Below, in pieces: positions 52,203 through 62,244 of a stretch of DNA of 64,000 nucleotides. The notes under the pieces are model-generated. The model was not told where the DNA came from, did no database searches, and saw only the letters and a list, made by a program, of their open reading frames with translations. Every line of letters begins with the position of its first letter. Within the stretch, counting starts at the first letter, position 1. Origin of the DNA: Candidatus Eiseniibacteriota bacterium (lineage in GTDB: Bacteria > Eisenbacteria > RBG-16-71-46 > CAVPCR01); contig CAVPCR010000004.1 in the NCBI GenBank assembly GCA_963702435.1, forward strand, positions 224,001 through 288,000, in the 5' to 3' direction. Position numbers and translations under genes: made by a program.

Positions 52203-53012
52203 TCAGGATCCGGGGACGAGGCTCCGGTAGAACTCGGGCCGGCGGTCGGCGAAGAGATCGTTGTGCTCGTTGACCAGCTTCCGGTGCGACTCGGCGAGAT
52301 CCACGTCGACGACTCCCTCCGCCTCGCCGCGGTCCGCGGCGCGGAGGAGCACGCGGCCCTCGGGATCCACCACCTGGCTCTGCCCCGTGAATGCCTCGCG
52401 GAGGCCGCCGGGGCGCTCGTCGGCGCCGACCCGGTTCGCGGTCACCGCGAACACCCGGTTCTCGATCGCCCGCGCGCGCATCACCTCCTGGCAGTACGGC
52501 ATCACCAGGTTGGCGGGATGGGCGATCACCTCGGCCCCGGCGAGGGCGAGGACGCGCGCCGCCTCCGGGAAGCGCCAGTCGAAGCAGATGATGACGCCGA
52601 TCCGGATGCCCGCGGCGGTGAAGACCGCGAGCGGGCGATCGCCGGGCGCGAAGTAGAGTTTCTCGTCCTTGAACAGGTGGATCTTCCGGTAGACCCCGGC
52701 GAGCCCCTCCGGCGCGTACACGGCCGCGCTGTTGAAGAAGCGTTCGCCGTCGCGCTCGCAGATGCCGGCGACGAGCGTCGTCTTCCGCTCGCGGGCGAGC
52801 GCGAGGAGAGCGAGCGACGTCGGTCCGTCCGGGATGGGCTCGGCCAGGCGCGCGACCTCGGCCCGATCCCGAAAGACATAGCCCGAATGGCAGAGTTCGG
52901 GGAGCACGATCAGATCCGCCTCCACGCGCCGCACCTGCGCGATCAGGCGGTCGCGATTGTCCGCCGGCTCTCCGAAACGGGGTTCCGATTGCACGAAGCC
53001 GATCCGCGTCAT
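52203..53012 (-). CDS. Nitrilase-family carbon-nitrogen hydrolase
   Basis: LPEL, YRKIHLF, ICFDWRFPE catalytic triad. Confidence 0.9.
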   Translation of the reverse strand: MTRIGFVQSEPRFGEPADNRDRLIAQVRRVEADLIVLPELCHSGYVFRDRAEVARLAEPIPDGPTSLALLALARERKTTLVAGICERDGERFFNSAAVYAPEGLAGVYRKIHLFKDEKLYFAPGDRPLAVFTAAGIRIGVIICFDWRFPEAARVLALAGAEVIAHPANLVMPYCQEVMRARAIENRVFAVTANRVGADERPGGLREAFTGQSQVVDPEGRVLLRAADRGEAEGVVDVDLAESHRKLVNEHNDLFADRRPEFYRSLVPGS

Positions 53013-53084
53013 GAGCGCAACCTCACCTCCTGGTCACCGCCGCTTTGTGCTATATCATCCTACCGTCTGCGAGGAGTGAAACCC

Positions 53085-53651
53085 ATGAGCGACAAGGACC
53101 CGGCACCCGCCGATCGAGATCCCGACACGTCCTCCGCACCGCCGCCCCCGCCGCCGCCGCCCGGAGGTCCCGCGCCGGAGCCCGGAGAGCCGCTCCTCCC
53201 GCCGGACGGCTACGAGCGTTTCCGCAAGAAGCTCGCGCACGGCGCCGAGCGCCTGGCCGGACCCTGGGGCAAGGACGCCGCCGAGCTGCTCCTCTTCCTG
53301 CCGGATCTCCTCGTCCTCTTCGCCGACCTGGCGCGCGATCCGCGTGTTCCCGGGCGGTACAAGGCGATCTCGGCCGCGGTCGTCGCCTATCTCCTGTCCC
53401 CGGTCGACATCCTGCCCGAGATCCTCATGGGTCCGCTCGGCCTGGCCGATGACGTGGTGCTCGCCTTCCTCGCCCTCGACCTGATCCTGAACCGCGTGGA
53501 CCAGGCCATCGTGCGGGAGCACTGGCGAGGCGAGACCGATCTCCTCGAGCTCGCGCAGGACGGCGTCCGGCGCTCGCGGCGGATCGTGCCGGCGCCGCTC
53601 TACGATCGGCTCGTACGCTGGCTCGAGGACCGCGGCGAGCGGAAGGCGTGA
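53085..53651 (+). CDS. DUF1232/YkvA-family membrane protein
   Basis: AYLLSPVDILPE..GLADD. Confidence 0.85.
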   Translation: MSDKDPAPADRDPDTSSAPPPPPPPPGGPAPEPGEPLLPPDGYERFRKKLAHGAERLAGPWGKDAAELLLFLPDLLVLFADLARDPRVPGRYKAISAAVVAYLLSPVDILPEILMGPLGLADDVVLAFLALDLILNRVDQAIVREHWRGETDLLELAQDGVRRSRRIVPAPLYDRLVRWLEDRGERKA

Positions 53652-53661
53652 GCGGCGGCTG

Positions 53662-54018
53662 ATGAAGCTCGAGCTCAAGTCCGAGGGGAAGCACGCGGTC
53701 GTCCTCGCGCTCTCCGGGACCATCGAGGGCGGGCCCGATGCCGAGGCCTTCCTCACGACCATCCGCCAGCTGATCCTGGAGGGCCGGCGCAATGTGCTCC
53801 TCGACCTGGGGGCGGTCCGGTGGATCAACTCGACCGGCCTCGGCATCCTGATCGGGGGGCTCGCCGCGCTCCGCCGGGCCGGAGGGACGATGAAGATCGT
53901 CCACCTGTCCGACCGCCTGGAAGGTCTCTTCGCCGTCACCAAGCTCAACCTGGTGTTCGAGGTCCACGCGGACGAGGTCTCCGCCCTGAAGAGCTTCCGG
54001 GGTTCGGCCGGGGAGTGA
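53662..54018 (+). CDS. STAS-domain anti-sigma factor antagonist
   Basis: LLDLGAVRWINSTGLGIL, VTKL. Confidence 0.9.
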   Translation: MKLELKSEGKHAVVLALSGTIEGGPDAEAFLTTIRQLILEGRRNVLLDLGAVRWINSTGLGILIGGLAALRRAGGTMKIVHLSDRLEGLFAVTKLNLVFEVHADEVSALKSFRGSAGE

Positions 54019-54447
54019 ACCTGTTGCAAATCAATAACTTGACCGAATAGCCCGGCGGCGGGGATTCCCCGGGCCGGTGTCGGCCCCGGCAGTCGTGAAG
54101 CACTCTTTTGTATAGCATCACAACGGGCGATACCCTCCTCTCCCAGCGCGGCCCCGCGATCGTCCGGTCGCCATAATTGAAAGACCTGACTTGATTTGGG
54201 GGCTCGCTTCTGCTACGATCTGGACGTGGCGTTGGAGAGCGAGCCCATGTCTCGCGGGACTCCCGCTCCGGCCACACGGCTTCGTTTCCGTGAGCAACTG
54301 AACAGCGCGATCCCTGCACAGCATCCGCCGCACGGATACGAAGCCGTTCCGGCTTCTAGTCGGCCGATAAGAAAGCAGCAGGGCGGATCCGTCCCCGCCG
54401 TTTTTCGCGGTGGGGAGCGGAAGTCTGCCGTGGATGGAGGGGTATTC

Positions 54448-55134
54448 ATGAGGGTCATCACGGTCCTAGCAACCCTCGCCTTCCTGGCGGGAGCGGTCGG
54501 CGTCTCGAGTGCCGAGCCCTACCTCCTGAATCTCTGCGGCAACAACTTCTCGATCTCCGAGGCAGCGGCCATCGGCGGCGAGCTCGAGGTTGTCGGCATG
54601 CTCTCGATGGTTCAGGACAACCCTCCGTTTTCCCTGCCCGGGGTGGTCGACTGGACCACCGAGTACACCGTGGACGTGCGGGATCTGATCCTGGCCAGTC
54701 CGCCGGGGAATTCGGTCAAGACCTACAACGGCGGAGTGGTCGAGCTGTGGGCGGACACGCCGCCCGACGCGCCGTGGACACCCACGACGCCGGTGGGCTC
54801 GATCCCCGCATACAACGCGCTCTTGGTTCCGGCGCTGATGGTGGACGGGACCCCGCTTCTCACCGGGGTCTTCACCCAGTTCGCCACGCTCTTCTTCGGC
54901 GGTCAGACGGGATCGATCAGCGCGACGATCAACTGGACCGGCGGATCGAAGTTTGGTGATCTGCAGTCGCTCGGCATCGCGAACGACTGGCACTGGAACG
55001 GCTGGTTCAACATGATCGCGCCCGTGCCTCCCGGCTACCAGCGCCTGTATGGCGGCAAGCTCGAGCACGAGACGCCGGTGGCTGTCGAGCCGGCGACGTG
55101 GGGGGAGATCAAGAACCTCCTGCGGGCCCGCTAG
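54448..55134 (+). CDS. Secreted protein, paralogue 1, WGxIK tail
   Basis: GGAGG RBS, signal peptide, ends PVAVEPATWGEIKNLLRAR. Confidence 0.8.
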   Translation: MRVITVLATLAFLAGAVGVSSAEPYLLNLCGNNFSISEAAAIGGELEVVGMLSMVQDNPPFSLPGVVDWTTEYTVDVRDLILASPPGNSVKTYNGGVVELWADTPPDAPWTPTTPVGSIPAYNALLVPALMVDGTPLLTGVFTQFATLFFGGQTGSISATINWTGGSKFGDLQSLGIANDWHWNGWFNMIAPVPPGYQRLYGGKLEHETPVAVEPATWGEIKNLLRAR

Positions 55135-55202
55135 GCCGCAGGGCAGCGCAAGGTATCGACATCGTGATCTGGCGGCAGCAACCTGACACCGGAGGTGTCT
55201 CC

Positions 55203-55850
55203 ATGAAGCATGGCGCAGTGGCTCTCATGATCGGCCTCCTGGCCCTCGCTCCGACGGGAGCGAGTGCCTTGAGCCTCATCGACTTCACAGGTTACTCCTA
55301 CGAAAGCGGGAGCTTCCCGCCGTCCAATCCCGGCGACCTGCTCAACCTGGTCGCGAAGGTGGACGGACTCACCCAGCCGCTCGTCTGGGATCCGTTTGCC
55401 TACGAGTACACGATGCACCTGAGCGGCCTCGTGTCGCAGGGCGCCCAGCAGCCCGATCCCAACAACATCGTCGTCAGCTACACGGGCGGCGATTTCGACC
55501 TCTACGAGGACAGCTCGTACAACGCCGTCCTCGGCATCAATCCGCCGAACGCCACGGTTCCCGGGTCCTTCATGGACGGCACCCATTATCTCGGCGGCCA
55601 GTTGAACTCGTTCACCATCTTCTACAACACGCAGTTCAACTCGGGAGCCTTCGAGGCCGACGTCACCTTCGTGAACGGCGCTCATTTCGGCGACCTGGGC
55701 CCGCAGACCACCGGGTACACCTTCGGCGGCGTCTTCAGGTTCGACATCCCGCAGGGCTATGACCTGCAGTGGGACGGCCAGATCCTGCTCGATCCGGTGG
55801 CGGTCGAGGCGGTGACCTGGGGCCAGGTGAAGATGACGTTCCAGCGCTAG
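55203..55850 (+). CDS. Secreted protein, paralogue 2, WGxVK tail
   Basis: GGAGGTG RBS, signal peptide, ends PVAVEAVTWGQVKMTFQR. Confidence 0.8.
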   Translation: MKHGAVALMIGLLALAPTGASALSLIDFTGYSYESGSFPPSNPGDLLNLVAKVDGLTQPLVWDPFAYEYTMHLSGLVSQGAQQPDPNNIVVSYTGGDFDLYEDSSYNAVLGINPPNATVPGSFMDGTHYLGGQLNSFTIFYNTQFNSGAFEADVTFVNGAHFGDLGPQTTGYTFGGVFRFDIPQGYDLQWDGQILLDPVAVEAVTWGQVKMTFQR

Positions 55851-55974
55851 AACGCGCGCTGTCCTGGGCCGTGAAGACATCCCAGCATTCGTAGGCCGGC
55901 GGGCGGGCCGCACCCGGACACCTTAGCCAACGCACGAGGACGCCTCAAGCGTCCGCGGCGCCGCCAGGGACAGG

Positions 55975-56694
55975 ATGAACAAGATCACGATTGCTTGCGT
56001 GCTGGCGCTACTCGCCGCCGGTTCGGTCGCCGGGGCGGCAGAAGCTGGAACCGGCGGCCCCGGATCGATCACGCAGTTCGATCACTGGGGGTTCTCGATT
56101 GCCCCCGAGCCGCAGTTCATCGGCGATGAGCTGCGGATGGTGGCCGTCCTGAGTCCGGCGACGACCTGGGTTCCGCTTCCCCTGGATTTCCGCGCCAACG
56201 AGTACACCGTGTACATGTACGGCCTATCGCTGCGCGATCGCCGGCCGAACGGTCCGCTCGTTCAGTCCACGTACAAGGGCGGGGTCGCCGAGATCTATGC
56301 GGATCCTTCCTTCAACGCCCCGTTCAGGTACGACACGGCACCCGGGCTGGTGCCGCCGCTGGATCCGGATCAGGTGCCGGCCCATTTCACCGACGGTGAA
56401 CTGGTCCTTCGCCTCGCGATCAACAGGCTGATTCTCCTCTTCTATCCCCCGGGGGGGATCGGGACGGTGGCCTACACGGACTCCGAGATCAAGGTCGCGG
56501 GCGGCTGGGGCATGGACTACCTGGCCGAGGTGAACATGCTCCTGGGCTGGCACATGGGTGGTGGATTCACCGATGAGCCGGGGACGGTGCCGCTCGGATA
56601 CGGCCTCCGCTACGACACCCTGTTCCGCTGGGAATCGCCGCAGGCCGTGGCCCCCTCGAGCTGGGGTCAGATCAAGGCGCGTTTCAGCGAGTAG
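55975..56694 (+). CDS. Secreted protein, paralogue 3, WGxIK tail
   Basis: Signal peptide, ends PQAVAPSSWGQIKARFSE. Confidence 0.8.
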   Translation: MNKITIACVLALLAAGSVAGAAEAGTGGPGSITQFDHWGFSIAPEPQFIGDELRMVAVLSPATTWVPLPLDFRANEYTVYMYGLSLRDRRPNGPLVQSTYKGGVAEIYADPSFNAPFRYDTAPGLVPPLDPDQVPAHFTDGELVLRLAINRLILLFYPPGGIGTVAYTDSEIKVAGGWGMDYLAEVNMLLGWHMGGGFTDEPGTVPLGYGLRYDTLFRWESPQAVAPSSWGQIKARFSE

Positions 56695-56761
56695 ATATCC
56701 AGAGAGCCAGATATCCAAAGAACCAGAGAACCAGAGTGCTGCCAGAGTGCTGCCAGAGCAC

Positions 56762-56802
56762 GCGGCCCCGGAGTTGTGAGAGCCTCCGGGGCCGCTTCGT
56801 TT
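56762..56802 (+). terminator. Rho-independent terminator
   Basis: 12 bp stem GCGGCCCCGGAG/CTCCGGGGCCGC then TTCGTTT; preceded by short CCAGAG-type repeats at 56693-56760. Confidence 0.7.
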
Positions 56803-56858
56803 CGAGGCTTCATTCTGCCGGATGACAGGATCCGAGCCACGCCGCGGTCACGCCGGAA

Positions 56859-58163
56859 TCAGCGCCTGTCCGCGGGTGCCGGGAGCGCGCTGAACCCGGC
56901 GACTCCCTGGCGCACGAAGATGTCGCCGTTTCCAACTCCGCGGTCCGACCAGGCCACGACCACGCGGCCGCTCGGATCGGCGGCGACGATCGGGCCGTCG
57001 AAGGGGCCGGTGCCGCCGACGCTCAGGGAGCGGGGGGGCGCCGCCGTGGGGCCGCTCTCGAGAGCGAGGCTCGTGTAGAAGACGGCGCCGCCGGGCTCAC
57101 CGGCGCCGCCGGCGGGGCTGTCGCCGGCCCCGCGCTCGACCCACACCGCGTGGAGCGTCTCCCAGGGGTCGATCGCCAGGGATGGATGCTCGGCCACCGC
57201 ACCGGGGGCCGACAGGGTGACGATCGGCTGCCAGCCGTCCCGCGTCATTTTTCGCGCCAGGACGCGACTGTCCACGCCGTCGGTCTCGCTCCATGCGACC
57301 CAGGCGCCGCTCCTCGCCGCCGCGATCGCGGGCGGGCCGGTGAACCACCCCGGGCGCTCGTTCGATGCGATGGTGGGCGGGCCCAGCGTTCCGTCCGGAG
57401 CGAGTTCCGCGCAGGCGATCACGCCGGCACGACCGTGGGTGCGTTGCCAGGCCAAGGTGAGGGCTCCGTCCCCGCCGGAGGCGACGGCGGGGCTGAAAGC
57501 GCTCTGATCGGGGCCGGTCGCCAGGGTCGTCGCGGTGCTCCAACCCGTGTTCGGGTCGAAGCGGCGGTGGCGGAGACGCGGCGCCGCGTTTTCGACCTCG
57601 GACCACACGACGTGCACGACTCCGTCGGGACCGACCGCGAGGTCGGGATCGGCCACGCTTCTCATGGGCCCGGAGACGGCGTCGGCGGTGCTGATCATGC
57701 CGGAGGCGACCCCGAAGCGAAGGCCCATGACTTGCCGGAGCCCCTCTTGCTGCTCGATCCAGACGAGATGGAGGACGCGGTCGCGGTCGAGGACGGCGGC
57801 CGGCTCGGTCGAGGGATTTCCCTCCCACAGCCAGATCGGGGTGAAGGTCGAGTCCCAGCCGGCACCGGCGAGATAACGAGAGGTCGCCATCTCGTGGGCG
57901 ATGCCCTCGGTGTGCGGCAGCACCTCGACCCAGATCGCGAAGAGCGGCCCCGCGGCGTCGAGGACGAGCGAGCGCGGGCTCACGCGCGCGAAGCGCGACT
58001 GGCCGAGCGAGTGGGACACATTCACGGGCGGCCGGAAGAAGGCGCCGCGGGCGGACTCGAGGCCCCCGCTGCCCCCTGCGTCGGGCGGGGAAGCCGCGCC
58101 GGCCAGCGTCGCGGCGAGCATGAGGAGAGCGGAAGATAGGTGACGGCTGCGGGTCGCGTTCAC
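56859..58163 (-). CDS. Secreted beta-propeller-like protein
   Basis: Signal peptide; repeated P.LAV..DG..HVVW units. Confidence 0.7.
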   Translation of the reverse strand: MNATRSRHLSSALLMLAATLAGAASPPDAGGSGGLESARGAFFRPPVNVSHSLGQSRFARVSPRSLVLDAAGPLFAIWVEVLPHTEGIAHEMATSRYLAGAGWDSTFTPIWLWEGNPSTEPAAVLDRDRVLHLVWIEQQEGLRQVMGLRFGVASGMISTADAVSGPMRSVADPDLAVGPDGVVHVVWSEVENAAPRLRHRRFDPNTGWSTATTLATGPDQSAFSPAVASGGDGALTLAWQRTHGRAGVIACAELAPDGTLGPPTIASNERPGWFTGPPAIAAARSGAWVAWSETDGVDSRVLARKMTRDGWQPIVTLSAPGAVAEHPSLAIDPWETLHAVWVERGAGDSPAGGAGEPGGAVFYTSLALESGPTAAPPRSLSVGGTGPFDGPIVAADPSGRVVVAWSDRGVGNGDIFVRQGVAGFSALPAPADRR

Positions 58164-58217
58164 CGCCCGACTGTAGCATGCGCGCGCGCGAGGAGCAGGC
58201 GAGGAGAGGAGCGCCGG

Positions 58218-59945
58218 TCAGGCGGCGGCGCGCGTATCCGGGCCGGCCTCTGCCGCCGGCGTTTCCTGCCGCGGGGCGGACGCGGTCGGCAGCACCCGCA
58301 GCGCCCGCATGACGGCGCCGCTCACCGGTTCACGGAGATAGAGGCCCGACTGCCGGAAGGGCAGCAAGACGAGAGCCGCGCTCGCCGTCTCCACACGGCC
58401 ATGGTCGAGGAGTCGGGCGAAGGTGTTCGGCTCGGCGCTCGCCAGCGAGCCGACGATGACCCAGCCCAGCCGCTCCGCATCCTTGCGGCTGAGCGTCAGT
58501 GCGGGCACCGTGAGTTCGCGCTCGGCGGCGCGCTCGCGATCGAGCAGCTCGGGGGCAGGCCGCTCGAGGACGAACTCGGGATGCGCCCGCGTCAGATGCA
58601 CGCCGATGTGGTTCAGGCGCTCCGCCTGCCAGGATTCGAAGGCGGGCACGTACACGGTCAGGAACTGGTCGCAGCCGTCCGGAGAGGCCGGCGCCGGCGA
58701 GATGCCGGGGAGGGGCCCGACGCCGCGCGTGATCACCTCGAGCCGCCAGAACGGCAGGTAGTGCGCTCCGGGACCGCTCGCCCGCGTGACCGCAGCGTGC
58801 ATGCGCACCTCACGCAAGGTGCCTCCCGTGACTTCCCACGCCCGGCCGCAAGAAACGCAGGCGTGCACGCTGACGTGCGGTTCGAGATGCAGGTCGTCCG
58901 CGCAGCCCGGACAGAGCCGCGGCAGGAAGAGCGCCCGCGGGGCCGCCGGCTGCTCGACGGGAGCCGCCGTCCGCCGGAGGGCGAGCAGGCGGTGTGGGGC
59001 GAGGAGCGTGCCGAGGTCGGCGGGCGCGACCGACGCGGCGCCGTCGGGCGCCGCGCTCGATGCGACGTGCGACTCCGCGCTCGATGCGAGGTGCGACTCC
59101 GCGCTCGATGTGGGGTGCGACTCCGCGCTCGATGTGAGGTCTGGCGCCGGGTTCGGTGCCGGGCTCGCCTCCGGGCCGGCCAGTGCGCTCGCGGTGGCGA
59201 TATCGCGATGCGCCACGACCTCGCCGAGCACGCCGTCCACGATCACCTCGGCCGCCTCGTCGCGGAAGCTGTAGTCGAGGCTGAAGAACGGGAGATAGAC
59301 CAGGAGGAGCTCCTCGCCGACCAGCGAGAGCCGCCGCCGGACCACCGGCGTGCCGCGCGGCACCGAGCGTCCCTCGACCTCGGCGAGCGCGAAGGCGCGG
59401 GCGAGTTCGGGGTCCACGGTGACGGGCTCGAGGTGCGCGCCGCTCGTCACCTGTGCCGAGAACGGATACGCGGTGACGACCCCCGGGCGTGGCGGCAGAT
59501 CATCGGGCCGGAGCGACCTGGTCGCCGCCGGTATGAGGAGATCGAAGCTCTGCACGCGGAGGTCGCGGAACTCCTCGCCGGAGGTGCCCGGCGGCGCGTG
59601 GCGTAGCCCGGCAATCCACTGGAAGGACTTGGCGCGGTAGCGCCAGTACGGGAGGAGGAGCCAGCGGCCGTCGCCCACCTGAGTGGCGCGATGGGCGCCG
59701 CTCCGTAGGAAGCTGCGGGCCTGGCGCCGCGCCTCGATGGCGTCGATCTGCGGTGCGATCACCGCCGCGAACGGGTAGGCACGCGGGGCGAGGAGGTAGT
59801 GCTCGTGGCAATCCGCGCAGGAGGTGGCCTCCGCGCCTTCCTCGATCGCAACCCAGGCCTGGCACACGGGACAGCTCACGATCAGCCTGAGATCGAGCCC
59901 GGTGCGCGTGCCGGCCGGGAGCCGCTCTTCTCGCCGGATCCTCAT
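58218..59945 (-). CDS. Zn-ribbon-containing hypothetical protein with internal duplication
   Basis: CPVC..CADC and CPGC..CVSC; recurring LLPYW/YLPFF/YLPFW/LLPF. Confidence 0.65.
   Translation of the reverse strand: MRIRREERLPAGTRTGLDLRLIVSCPVCQAWVAIEEGAEATSCADCHEHYLLAPRAYPFAAVIAPQIDAIEARRQARSFLRSGAHRATQVGDGRWLLLPYWRYRAKSFQWIAGLRHAPPGTSGEEFRDLRVQSFDLLIPAATRSLRPDDLPPRPGVVTAYPFSAQVTSGAHLEPVTVDPELARAFALAEVEGRSVPRGTPVVRRRLSLVGEELLLVYLPFFSLDYSFRDEAAEVIVDGVLGEVVAHRDIATASALAGPEASPAPNPAPDLTSSAESHPTSSAESHLASSAESHVASSAAPDGAASVAPADLGTLLAPHRLLALRRTAAPVEQPAAPRALFLPRLCPGCADDLHLEPHVSVHACVSCGRAWEVTGGTLREVRMHAAVTRASGPGAHYLPFWRLEVITRGVGPLPGISPAPASPDGCDQFLTVYVPAFESWQAERLNHIGVHLTRAHPEFVLERPAPELLDRERAAERELTVPALTLSRKDAERLGWVIVGSLASAEPNTFARLLDHGRVETASAALVLLPFRQSGLYLREPVSGAVMRALRVLPTASAPRQETPAAEAGPDTRAAA
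59051..59140. repeat. 24 bp in-frame tandem repeat (SSAESHxx, ~3.7 copies)
   Basis: CCGCGCTCGATG..GTGCGACT units at 59051, 59075, 59099, 59123. Confidence 0.85.
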
Positions 59946-60110
59946 GTTTGACTCATCGGCCGGTCGGCGGTCCTCCTTTATGCTGAGGACCGGAGCTCGG
60001 CCCCCACCGGCGGCGGCTGCCCGCGGCGGCCCCGCGTCCCGCGGCAGCCGGAAAACCGGGTAACCGCAAGCGCCAGGCCGCGTTTGACCGCCCGGAGGGG
60101 GTTCCGTACG

Positions 60111-61511
60111 ATGACACCCATGGAAGAAGCGGGCCTCGCACCTGGGGCGGAGCGGGCGACCGTTCTCGTGGCCACGGGCCGGGACAAGGCCGAGGAGCGC
60201 CGGCTCGTCGAGTTCCTGACCGACCAGGACTACGAGATCGTGACCGCCGCCGACGGCGAGGCCGCGCTCAATGCGCTCGACTCGACCCGCATCGATGCGG
60301 TGATCGCCGATGCCCGCGTCCATCGCATCGACGGGCTCAATCTCCTCGACCGCGTGCGGCGCCGGGACCCCGCGATCTGCTTCATCCTCATCTCCGAGAA
60401 GGCCGACGTCGATCTCGCGACCGAGGCTCTCCGGCGGGGCGCCCACGACTTCCAGGTCACGCCGCTCGATCACGATCGCCTCCTCGCCGTGCTCGAGCGC
60501 GGCATCTCGCTCTCGCGGCTCCGCCAGCGGGTCACGCGACTAGAGACGCGGCTCGAGCGCAAGTACGGCTTCCAGAACCTGACCGGCAACTCGGGGGCGA
60601 TGGCGGCGGTCTTCGACAAGATCCAGCAGATCGCGCCGACCCGGGCCACCGTGCTCATCACCGGCGAGACAGGCACCGGGAAGGAACTGGTTGCCTCCGC
60701 GCTCCACCACAACAGCCCGCGTCGCGACGAGCCCTTCGTCAAGCTCAACTGCGCCGCCCTTGCCGAGGGCGTGATCGAGTCGGAGCTGTTCGGGCACGAA
60801 GCCGGTGCATTCACGAGCGCGATGCGCACGCGCAAGGGCCGCTTCGAGATCGCCGACGGCGGCACGCTGTTCCTCGACGAGATCACCGAGATCACGCCGC
60901 CCATCCAGGCCAAGCTCCTGCGGGTGCTCCAGGAGCGCGAGTTCGAGCGGGTGGGCGGGACGCAGACCTTCCGCGTGGACGTGCGGCTCATCGCCGCCAC
61001 CAACAGGAACCTCGAGGCCGAGGTGCGGAGCGGCCGGTTCCGCGAGGATCTGTACTATCGCCTGAACGTGGTCACCATCAACCTGCCGCCGCTCCGCGAC
61101 CGCCGCGAGGACATCCCGCTCCTCGTCGAGTCCTTCATGCGCGAGCTCAACGAGGAGCACGGGAAGCGCGTGCGCGGGGTCAGCAAGGGGGCGATGGATC
61201 TCCTCCGGCGCTACACCTGGCCGGGGAACGTGCGCGAGCTCAAGAACGCGATCGAGGGGATGGTGCTCTTCGCGCCGCCTGGACATCTCCTCGGGGTGGA
61301 CGATCTGCCCGAGTTCCTGCGCGGGCCGGAGGCGGCCGATCCGGGCGAGGTGGTGCCGGTGCGGGTGGGGATGACGCTCGAGGAGGCCGAGCGGCGGCTG
61401 CTCGCCGCCACCTATCGCGCGGCCGGCGGCAACAAGCGGCGGGCCGCGGTCACGCTCGGCATCGGGCTCAGGACTCTCTACCGGAAACTCAAGGAGTACG
61501 ATCTCGAGTGA
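60111..61511 (+). CDS. Sigma-54-dependent response regulator (NtrC/AtoC family)
   Basis: Receiver domain, GETGTGKE, ESELFGHEAGAFTSA, FLDEI, WPGNVREL, Fis HTH. Confidence 0.9.
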   Translation: MTPMEEAGLAPGAERATVLVATGRDKAEERRLVEFLTDQDYEIVTAADGEAALNALDSTRIDAVIADARVHRIDGLNLLDRVRRRDPAICFILISEKADVDLATEALRRGAHDFQVTPLDHDRLLAVLERGISLSRLRQRVTRLETRLERKYGFQNLTGNSGAMAAVFDKIQQIAPTRATVLITGETGTGKELVASALHHNSPRRDEPFVKLNCAALAEGVIESELFGHEAGAFTSAMRTRKGRFEIADGGTLFLDEITEITPPIQAKLLRVLQEREFERVGGTQTFRVDVRLIAATNRNLEAEVRSGRFREDLYYRLNVVTINLPPLRDRREDIPLLVESFMRELNEEHGKRVRGVSKGAMDLLRRYTWPGNVRELKNAIEGMVLFAPPGHLLGVDDLPEFLRGPEAADPGEVVPVRVGMTLEEAERRLLAATYRAAGGNKRRAAVTLGIGLRTLYRKLKEYDLE

Positions 61512-61562
61512 AGGCGGCTCGCGCCGCGGGGAGGCGGGGCCGCCCGCGACAAGGAGGACGGC

Positions 61563-62024
61563 ATGGCGAAGGGACGCGTCATCGTCGGCGCCGATCATCG
61601 CGGCGTAGAGCTCAAGGCGAAGATCGTGCCGTGGCTGCGCGATCTGGGCTACGAGGTCGAGGACATCGGCACCGGCACGGTCGAGCCGCCGGTGGACTAC
61701 CCGCTCTACGCCTTCCGGGTCGGCGAGGCGGTGGCGAGCGGACGGGCTGAGCGCGGCATCCTGATCTGCCACTCGGGAAACGGCATCGCCATCGCTGCCA
61801 ACAAGGTGCCGGGCGTGCGCGCCGCGATCTGCATGAACGTCGAGCACGCGGCGATGTCGCGCCGGCACAACGACGCGAACGTGCTCGTGCTCGGCGCGGA
61901 CTACATGGCCCCCGGGAGCGAGCAGGCGATCGTCGAGACCTGGCTCACGAGCCCGTTCGACGGCGGGCGCCACGCGCGGCGCGTGGACCAGATCGCCGAC
62001 TACGAGGCGAAGCACGCCCGGTAG
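61563..62024 (+). CDS. rpiB: Ribose-5-phosphate isomerase B
   Basis: GADHRG, DYP, ICHSGNG, ANKVPGVRA, HNDANVL, FDGGRH. Confidence 0.9.
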   Translation: MAKGRVIVGADHRGVELKAKIVPWLRDLGYEVEDIGTGTVEPPVDYPLYAFRVGEAVASGRAERGILICHSGNGIAIAANKVPGVRAAICMNVEHAAMSRRHNDANVLVLGADYMAPGSEQAIVETWLTSPFDGGRHARRVDQIADYEAKHAR

Positions 62025-62244
62025 GCGCGCGCGGCGGAGGCGGGCGGCGGAGGCGGGCGGCGGATGCGCGCGCTCTCTGGGAGTTTCGCCGCGGGCGGGC
62101 TCCGCGGCTGCCCTCTCCGGCTCAAACACTCGCCGGCCGGCTGCTGCTCGGCACAGAACGCGCCTGGGCGCCGGCCGGCGAAACTCGCCGGGCGAGGGCA
62201 GCCTGCGTCGCCCGCCCGCGCCGGCAGGTTCCTGACGCGAGCCG

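Noticed and set aside
54018..54042. dif/Xer-like site AACCTGTTGCAAATCAATAACTT
   Set aside because: Weak palindrome without a convincing XerD arm
56693..56760. CCAGAG/CCAGATAT short repeats as a functional array
   Set aside because: Irregular low-complexity slippage repeats before a terminator
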